A DNA stretch of 64,000 bases from positions 1 to 64,000 of the IMG/VR virus record IMGVR_UViG_3300020448_000003; one strand, given 5' to 3'. The DNA is from a virus. Of this stretch, positions 58,173-64,000 are shown one piece after another. Position 1 is the first letter of the stretch; the number at the start of each line of letters is the position of its first letter. Under the pieces are notes generated by a model, which worked only from the letters and a program-made list of their open reading frames with translations, ran no database searches and was not told the DNA's origin. Position numbers and translations under genes: made by a program.

Positions 58173-58250
58173 TAAAAATGGTGATGTGTAATCACCTGAT
58201 AGAATCAATATAATCGAGTTTGCCTCGTAACGCTAGTTACTTTGTGACAC
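58173..58250 (-). promoter_or_regulatory. Degenerate early promoter module copy 10 followed by hairpin GGTGAT-TACAC-ATCACC-ATTTTT
   Basis: GTGTCACA at 58243-58250 and TATATT at 58207-58212, near the canonical spacing. Confidence 0.5.
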
Positions 58251-59066
58251 TTTCAGAATTGGTTTGTAGTCAACGTTGAGTTCACATCCTATGTAATGTC
58301 TATTAAGTTTCTTAGCAACTCTTCCAGTAGTTCCTGATCCTATAAATGGATCGAGGATTATATCATTCTCTTTACTACCAGATAATATACAGGGTTGTAT
58401 CAACTCATCAGGAAATACTGCACTATGTCCAGATTTATTTTTCTGTAGTTTTATATCCCATACGCTTTTCCTTCTCTTGAGACTTTTACCATCTACAGTT
58501 GGTACTTTAATAGACTCAACATCAAAATAATAATTCTGTTTTTTTGAAAATAAAAAAATGTACTCGTGAGACCTTGAACACCTATCTTTTACACTTTCTG
58601 GCATCGGGTTAGGTTTATTCCATATAATATCTTGCCTTAAATACCATCCATCCTGACGTAATGCAAATGCTAACATCCAAGGGATGCCGATTAAATCTTT
58701 TTCTTTATATCCTTCTAACTTGTTACCTCTACGAGGGCAATCGTCAGGTAAATCTTGTTTGCTTGATGATAATGTTTGTTTAACTAATGCCTGACCTTTT
58801 CCTGGTCTATAGTTATAGTAACTATCCCCTATATTTACAAACAATACACCATCATCCGTCAGGGTATCTCTAACTAATCTGAATACCTCTACCAGTTCCT
58901 TAATGTAATCATCAGGTGTCTGTTCTAATCCTATTTGTTTATCATTGTTTGTATAATCCCTGAGTCCATAATAGGGTGGGGATGTTACACACATTTGACA
59001 AGTTTGTTCATCAATTTGGGATAATGTTTCTCTGCAATCCCCGAATAATATAATATCTTTCATCAC
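58233..59066 (-). CDS. Beta-class N4-cytosine/N6-adenine DNA methyltransferase
   Basis: TSPPY (motif IV) precedes DPFIGSGTT (motif I); IIWNKPNPMPESVKDR. Confidence 0.9.
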   Translation of the reverse strand: MMKDIILFGDCRETLSQIDEQTCQMCVTSPPYYGLRDYTNNDKQIGLEQTPDDYIKELVEVFRLVRDTLTDDGVLFVNIGDSYYNYRPGKGQALVKQTLSSSKQDLPDDCPRRGNKLEGYKEKDLIGIPWMLAFALRQDGWYLRQDIIWNKPNPMPESVKDRCSRSHEYIFLFSKKQNYYFDVESIKVPTVDGKSLKRRKSVWDIKLQKNKSGHSAVFPDELIQPCILSGSKENDIILDPFIGSGTTGRVAKKLNRHYIGCELNVDYKPILKVSQSN

Positions 59067-59069
59067 ATA

Positions 59070-59291
59070 TTATAGTGAATCCAAATCTTTACCTACTCTA
59101 TTTCTAAACTTATCTCTTTGGTCTCCTGACTCACTAGCAATGGCAAGTGTAATGAACTCTTGTAACTCTTCATCACTACACTTTGCTAACCATCCCCAAT
59201 GTGGGTCGTTTTTATCATAAGACAATTCAATTTTGCCTTCATCAGATACTAATACTTGTAGGGAATCCCCCGCTTTTGCTTCTACTGTCAT
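59070..59291 (-). CDS. Hypothetical protein
   Basis: 73 aa. Confidence 0.7.
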   Translation of the reverse strand: MTVEAKAGDSLQVLVSDEGKIELSYDKNDPHWGWLAKCSDEELQEFITLAIASESGDQRDKFRNRVGKDLDSL

Positions 59292-59318
59292 TTTGATAAA
59301 AATTTGATACGTTAATAG

Positions 59319-59528
59319 TTATATAATTTCCTCATATCTCCAATGCGGGTCGTCAGCACCATCTGACCAAAACCAGAAGTCAGGATTATTTTTGGAACTG
59401 AAAAACCATCTTCCATCTGATCTCTTGTCTTCAATATATGCGATAGGGTCATTGTTCATACATTCTGCGAATTGTAATCTTGCCTTATCACTTATAGGTC
59501 TGACCTTATAGATGTTTCGCAATGCCAT
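59319..59528 (-). CDS. Conserved cyanophage hypothetical protein
   Basis: VRPISDKAR..FAECM...FWFW....DDPHW; start taken at MALRN. Confidence 0.7.
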   Translation of the reverse strand: MALRNIYKVRPISDKARLQFAECMNNDPIAYIEDKRSDGRWFFSSKNNPDFWFWSDGADDPHWRYEEII

Positions 59529-59664
59529 TTTCAAGTCTGTTGTAAATGTCTGAGTATGAGATTTTGTACTGTTGTTCAAATGCCAACTGTTCCTCAAGTG
59601 GTAGATGTTGCATTGAGTTCATCAACGCAAATACCTCCAAATTAGTAAAATTATACTCTCCCAT
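59506..59664 (-). CDS. Small hypothetical protein
   Basis: Start taken at MGEYNF, right after the stop of the upstream gene. Confidence 0.55.
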   Translation of the reverse strand: MGEYNFTNLEVFALMNSMQHLPLEEQLAFEQQYKISYSDIYNRLENGIAKHL

Positions 59665-59665
59665 A

Positions 59666-59971
59666 TTATCTTTTGTCAATGGGTGGGAGTAAGTCATTTC
59701 CTGGATGGTCGTCTGCTCTGCCATTTTTGTACCTGTAGTTACGTTTACTTTGAAATACAGATGGGTCAATCTCAAGATTATCCCAATCCTTTTGATATAC
59801 TAACACATTTACAAATCTTTTGCCATACATTGCTTCTTTCTCTTCTATCTCTCTAACACAAATAGTAATGTAGTCATCACAAATATATGTGATGAAACCT
59901 TCATCATTTTTGTGTTTAACTGGCATCCCAATTTCGAGTGCCTTAAGTATGTTTCTTAATTCTAATCGCAC
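59666..59971 (-). CDS. Hypothetical protein (SH3-like pattern)
   Basis: GMPVKH...GFITYICDDYITICV. Confidence 0.7.
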   Translation of the reverse strand: MRLELRNILKALEIGMPVKHKNDEGFITYICDDYITICVREIEEKEAMYGKRFVNVLVYQKDWDNLEIDPSVFQSKRNYRYKNGRADDHPGNDLLPPIDKR

Positions 59972-60004
59972 TGCGTTTGAGAGTAAGATAGGTGTTGTAA
60001 TGAG

Positions 60005-60202
60005 TTATTCCTCAACGTGTTTTAAGTATAACAGATCACACATATTATTGATAATCTCCATTGAGTGATTAAACTTATCATCATCAATAATATTATTGTG
60101 ATGTTTCTCGTGAAGTTTACCTATAAACATCCCAAGTGATTTCTTGAGTATCTGTTTACCTTCTTCATCTATTATTTGTGTCTTTAGTCCTATCATTGTC
60201 AT
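60005..60202 (-). CDS. Hypothetical protein
   Basis: 65 aa with ATGA coupling. Confidence 0.65.
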   Translation of the reverse strand: MTMIGLKTQIIDEEGKQILKKSLGMFIGKLHEKHHNNIIDDDKFNHSMEIINNMCDLLYLKHVEE

Positions 60203-60873
60203 AATAGAGGTATGAGAGAAAACTGATCGTCAGGTAGATCAGGTTGCGTATGTATATCATAACCTAAAGTAATTCGATTTCCAGAATAGTTTTCATTTAC
60301 ACATACTTTATGTTTCCTATCCCAACCAGGTCCAAAATAGATGTTACCTACCTCGTTCTTGATTTCATATCTTACATTTGTATTAGGGTCGTGAAACTTA
60401 GTAATTGAATCTTTTGGGTCAATACTTACATATCCGTGGTAATCAAATTTATGATCGTGCCAGTTCAATACTTGATCTGGTTTGTGCATATTCATCCAAC
60501 ATTGAAACCATAATGGTTCATCAGTATTTAGAGTTGTCCTTACTACTGTCCGAATATCACGATACAATAACCAAAATAGTGGGGATGGACTTGTTAATGC
60601 AAATAGATTATAGAACCGATAACCACTAAATCCTTCACTCATATTATTTAAAAACTCTTTATCCTTCTCGTGCTGTTCTTCTACATTGAATATGTCAGGT
60701 AGAGAACCAACTGTTAACTCTCTACTTGTTAGTGATGAATCAAAACCTGTAAATGTCTGTTTAAATTGTCTATATGATCTACCTAGTTGGGCGATCATCT
60801 CTTGACTCTCGTGTTCGACTGCTGGTGATCTGTAGAGAACCCAATCATCACCTTCGGTTACTTTGTATGTCAT
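60199..60873 (-). CDS. 2OG-Fe(II) oxygenase-like protein
   Basis: WMNMH...WHDH...HGYVSI...KHKV...RITLGYD. Confidence 0.8.
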   Translation of the reverse strand: MTYKVTEGDDWVLYRSPAVEHESQEMIAQLGRSYRQFKQTFTGFDSSLTSRELTVGSLPDIFNVEEQHEKDKEFLNNMSEGFSGYRFYNLFALTSPSPLFWLLYRDIRTVVRTTLNTDEPLWFQCWMNMHKPDQVLNWHDHKFDYHGYVSIDPKDSITKFHDPNTNVRYEIKNEVGNIYFGPGWDRKHKVCVNENYSGNRITLGYDIHTQPDLPDDQFSLIPLL

Positions 60874-61526
60874 TGTGGTTTGTATGCTGTAGAGGGGTCG
60901 TCAGGTCGCTTTGAAGCGATGTTTAAATTTACTACTGGTCGGTAGGTTCCAACTGGTAGCGTGGAACTGTGAAACAGGTCGCCCTTAAAGGCAACTGCTC
61001 TGCCTTTCTTGGGTGGTATCTGCATCTTTACTGACCACTTATCATCCTTAACTTGTTTTATATAATCATCAGGGTCTTGTGTCCTCTGATTGTAGATAAC
61101 TGTGTCGCCATTTGAGTCATCCATATAATATATGACATTCCAACTGTCATCAACATAACTGTCAACGTGTGGTAATTGTACTTGATTTTTATACCAAGCG
61201 GGAGTGCAATTCACTCTCATTCTTAACAAACATTCTGCTTTTAATTTTTCTCTAAATTGTAATGCAAGTGGCATAAAAGCGTTACATAAGGTTGATAATT
61301 CTCCCTGTTCTATTTCATACAAATAATGGAAATTACAAAATCCATTGCGAGGGTCATTTTCAAATAAATCTGATATTGCTCTATCTTTTCTATGCCATCT
61401 TAAATCTGGATTATTGATGCAATCTAACAACCAGTTTTGATATACTTCTGGTATTACATCTTCAAAAATAATAACATCCTGATCTAGTGAATGTTGTTTA
61501 AAAGGATTGTTAACTGTTAGTTTCAT
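60870..61526 (-). CDS. 2OG-Fe(II) oxygenase superfamily protein
   Basis: PHVD...IYYMDDSNGDT...FHSS...RPVVNLN. Confidence 0.85.
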   Translation of the reverse strand: MKLTVNNPFKQHSLDQDVIIFEDVIPEVYQNWLLDCINNPDLRWHRKDRAISDLFENDPRNGFCNFHYLYEIEQGELSTLCNAFMPLALQFREKLKAECLLRMRVNCTPAWYKNQVQLPHVDSYVDDSWNVIYYMDDSNGDTVIYNQRTQDPDDYIKQVKDDKWSVKMQIPPKKGRAVAFKGDLFHSSTLPVGTYRPVVNLNIASKRPDDPSTAYKPQ

Positions 61527-62155
61527 TATGTATAGTAAGGGGATGAGTTTATCATTGATTGTTCATATTGTATTTCTTTAGATGCTGCTTCCCAAGGTGC
61601 TGCTAACATCGGTCTTCCATCCCATTTGTTTTGTTTATATTTTCCTTCTTGATCTACATAAGAAACAAATGCTTGGATCTGTAGATCCCCTGTATATTTG
61701 GGTCTCCAATGAAAATCTTTATGTCCCCTAAAGATAATCATATCGCCCTGTTCCAACAATATTTGATGTGATTTACCTTCTAGTTCGATATAAAATGGCC
61801 AATCAACATTGTCTCTGGTGATACACACATTTGCAACCCATTCACCGCTTGTTCTGTCTCTGTGTCGTACTAAATTTGTTCCCTTAACATATACTCTAGC
61901 GTAACTAAATGTCTGCCATAATTTACATTTAACAGTATCCTCTACCATCGGTTTGATTGTTTGACCCATTGCTTCAAAACATACTGGCGAATACATTGCA
62001 AAGGCACCTGGCATTATAGGGTCGCTAGTAGGTCCTTGTGATGAGTATTCAACAACATCTTTAATCATCATATATTCTATTTTAAGTTGTTCACAAGTCT
62101 CTTGTGAGAGTGCATTGCGAATAACATATAATTTATTTTCAGATAATACTTCCAT
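61526..62155 (-). CDS. 2OG-Fe(II) oxygenase superfamily protein
   Basis: YARVY...LVRHRDR...HWRP. Confidence 0.85.
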   Translation of the reverse strand: MEVLSENKLYVIRNALSQETCEQLKIEYMMIKDVVEYSSQGPTSDPIMPGAFAMYSPVCFEAMGQTIKPMVEDTVKCKLWQTFSYARVYVKGTNLVRHRDRTSGEWVANVCITRDNVDWPFYIELEGKSHQILLEQGDMIIFRGHKDFHWRPKYTGDLQIQAFVSYVDQEGKYKQNKWDGRPMLAAPWEAASKEIQYEQSMINSSPYYT

Positions 62156-62784
62156 TAATGTCCTTGACCAAAGAATACTATAGTTAATCGTGCATCAGAT
62201 GAGTTTGTACCATAGAAGTTTTGACCTCCGTGATATTTTCTACCATCAAATATGATACACCTATTATAGCGTGCCTGTACCTTAATTGATTCATTAAAGT
62301 AACTGTTGCACTGCTCTTTATATTTATCAAATACTCTAATACCCTCTGTACCTTGTGCTTCCATTGCCTTATGGAACTCTTCTTCATAATCTTCCATTTG
62401 AGGACCTTTAGGTACATCATATATTGTTGTTCCTGTGTCTTGTTTGTATTCTTTATTCAAGTAAATAACTGCACCTATTCCTAGGTGGTCGTCATCAGTA
62501 TGAATCCATCCACTATTACATTCTCCTGTACTAATATGAAAAGCTGCGTCTGCTATATGTAAATGAGTAAATGCTGGAATATACTTAATAATTTTACTAC
62601 ATATTATTTCGTGAAATATAGGGTCAGTATCATTAATTAATCTACTGCGTTTACCTGGCCAGTACCCTCTGTTAGGGTGTTCAGTACAAGTAAAATATTC
62701 CTGTTGCTGTGCGTTAGCATACACAAGACTAGGTGTCTCAAAGAAATTATCTACTACTATAGTTGGTACTATTTCTTCAAACAT
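62155..62784 (-). CDS. 2OG-Fe(II) oxygenase-like protein (DUF6445-like)
   Basis: VVDNFF, WPGKRS, GWIHTD, VIYLN, YNRC, YHG, RLTIVFF. Confidence 0.85.
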   Translation of the reverse strand: MFEEIVPTIVVDNFFETPSLVYANAQQQEYFTCTEHPNRGYWPGKRSRLINDTDPIFHEIICSKIIKYIPAFTHLHIADAAFHISTGECNSGWIHTDDDHLGIGAVIYLNKEYKQDTGTTIYDVPKGPQMEDYEEEFHKAMEAQGTEGIRVFDKYKEQCNSYFNESIKVQARYNRCIIFDGRKYHGGQNFYGTNSSDARLTIVFFGQGH

Positions 62785-63325
62785 AATTAAAATTAATTAC
62801 CACTCTCTTGTTATGGTATAAAGGGCAAGAACTAGCGTGATAGGTAGAACCATCAAAGATAACAACACTACCTTTCTTTGGTTGTACTCTCTTCTCGACC
62901 TGATTATTCTTGTTAAAGAATACAGTATCGCCATCAGATTCATTGACATAATATAATCCTACTTTATGTGGTACATCTGCATCGATATGTGGTTGATTAT
63001 AACCTATACCAGTAGGTAAAAGCAACCCACCCTTAATCCTCAGTAACTCAAAATTATCTTCCTCTACAAATGATAATAGCAATGGTAATATAAACAAATA
63101 ATGCTTTGACATTATGTCCACACCATCAGGTTTATGATAAAACATATGAGCAAATCCTGGTGATCCTTTGGCATCAGGGAACTCTACTCTTTTTGGATCG
63201 TCATTCTCTCCATTGAGAGCATAAGTTATGTCATCAAGAAAATGCCAATCAAATTCAAGAGATAGCATCATCTTCTCTATTTGATCTTGATACTTTTTAG
63301 GAATAACGTTGTTAATGACTTTCAT
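62777..63325 (-). CDS. 2OG-Fe(II) oxygenase superfamily protein
   Basis: PHID...LYYVNESDGDT...YHASS...RVVINFN. Confidence 0.85.
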   Translation of the reverse strand: MKVINNVIPKKYQDQIEKMMLSLEFDWHFLDDITYALNGENDDPKRVEFPDAKGSPGFAHMFYHKPDGVDIMSKHYLFILPLLLSFVEEDNFELLRIKGGLLLPTGIGYNQPHIDADVPHKVGLYYVNESDGDTVFFNKNNQVEKRVQPKKGSVVIFDGSTYHASSCPLYHNKRVVINFNYV

Positions 63326-63929
63326 AATTAACCGATAGAACTATTCTATCCTCGTTGGTTTTGTTAGGTTGAGTTTTATGTTTTAACCAACCAGGAAATA
63401 CCAATACATCATTTGTTTGTACTGGTATCTCTTTCCAAATATTCTGTGCTGGTTCTTGGGGTGTACCAAACCTGTGGTATTCAAGTGGGTCTCTAACTAA
63501 GAAATTACCTGACCCCTTCGGTGCTTTCAAGTAACAAGAAATTACCAAGGGTGATGGTGAATGTAAATGTTCACCTGTGTAACCACCACGTTTGTGTATA
63601 TTTACCCAACTCTCACGTGGATATATTCTCATATTATCGAAGTATCCCCAAGATGTCCAGATGGGTACAATTTGTTGATGAATAATATAAAAAAACTTCT
63701 CTAAACATTCCCAGTTATGTGGTGCATAACTCTCTAATGAATGTGATGCTGTAGAGAAAGCATTACCATTTTCTATTCTTGAGTTTGTCCCTGCCTTATC
63801 TAATATAGAACCCACATCAAACTGTAGCGAACCCTCACTCTCATATTCAAAATTATAATTTAATTTATAGAGATAATTAGGTGTAATCGCTAATGGTTTT
63901 GGTGGGTCAGGAGTGACAACAACTTTCAT
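63312..63929 (-). CDS. 2OG-Fe(II) oxygenase-like protein (TIGR02466-like)
   Basis: WVN...EHLH...FPGWLKH...RIVLSVN. Confidence 0.85.
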   Translation of the reverse strand: MKVVVTPDPPKPLAITPNYLYKLNYNFEYESEGSLQFDVGSILDKAGTNSRIENGNAFSTASHSLESYAPHNWECLEKFFYIIHQQIVPIWTSWGYFDNMRIYPRESWVNIHKRGGYTGEHLHSPSPLVISCYLKAPKGSGNFLVRDPLEYHRFGTPQEPAQNIWKEIPVQTNDVLVFPGWLKHKTQPNKTNEDRIVLSVNYESH

Positions 63930-64000
63930 CAGTTATCAAATCGTTTCTTATACTCTTTAGTTAGTTTCTCTTCAATACGTTTCATATATTTCTTCATCTT
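63929..64000 (-). CDS. C-terminal end of an upstream gene (partial)
   Basis: ...KMKKYMKRIEEKLTKEYKKRFDN*; TGA overlaps the next ATG. Confidence 0.55.
   Translation of the reverse strand, partial: KMKKYMKRIEEKLTKEYKKRFDN

Noticed and set aside
49311-58250. Repeated palindromic modules as a CRISPR array or integron attC sites
   Set aside because: Spacing is 0.45-1.8 kb and filled with genes, copies are degenerate and contain -35/-10 boxes, and there is no cas or integrase gene in the window
93-60629. The many plus-strand ORFs and short alternative-frame minus ORFs in the track
   Set aside because: They are antisense or out-of-frame shadows of long minus-strand genes, with no promoters, SD sites or recognisable motifs
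1-64000. tRNA/rRNA genes; general scarcity of GGCC, CCGG and GCGC
   Set aside because: No tRNA cloverleaf or rRNA seen. Window-wide scarcity of GC-rich palindromes is common in low-GC phages, and GGCC appears mostly where Trp-Pro forces it, so it was not counted as a finding.

Overview
A 64-kb segment of a low-GC T4-like marine cyanophage (Kyanoviridae-type myovirus, probably infecting Prochlorococcus or Synechococcus). All credible genes are on the minus strand. About 1-47 kb is the late tail/baseplate cluster: a tail fibre running off the left edge, a VrlC-like protein, gp8, a gp9/10-like fibre, a YHYH protein, a 7141-aa gp7, gp6, gp25, a PAAR spike, psbN, a structural protein and an NlpC/P60 protein, with T4-type late promoters. 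About 47-60 kb is an early island of around 35 mostly small, acidic ORFs. These are organised into cassettes by 9-10 copies of a fixed-geometry palindrome plus sigma70 promoter, and the island also holds a PvuII-like nuclease, an SF2 helicase and a beta-class DNA methyltransferase. About 60-64 kb is a tandem array of six 2OG-Fe(II) oxygenase-like genes. The main observation is that gp7 contains seven repeats resembling phycobiliprotein subunits. Six keep the bilin-attachment CxxD motif, and separate helices resemble the beta-155 Cys site. Neighbouring virion proteins carry intact type-1 copper ligand sets, which suggests a possible chromophore/redox-bearing baseplate. The early island also appears depleted of AGCT and GGATC sites. 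All homology calls were made by eye from remembered family motifs; no searches were run.
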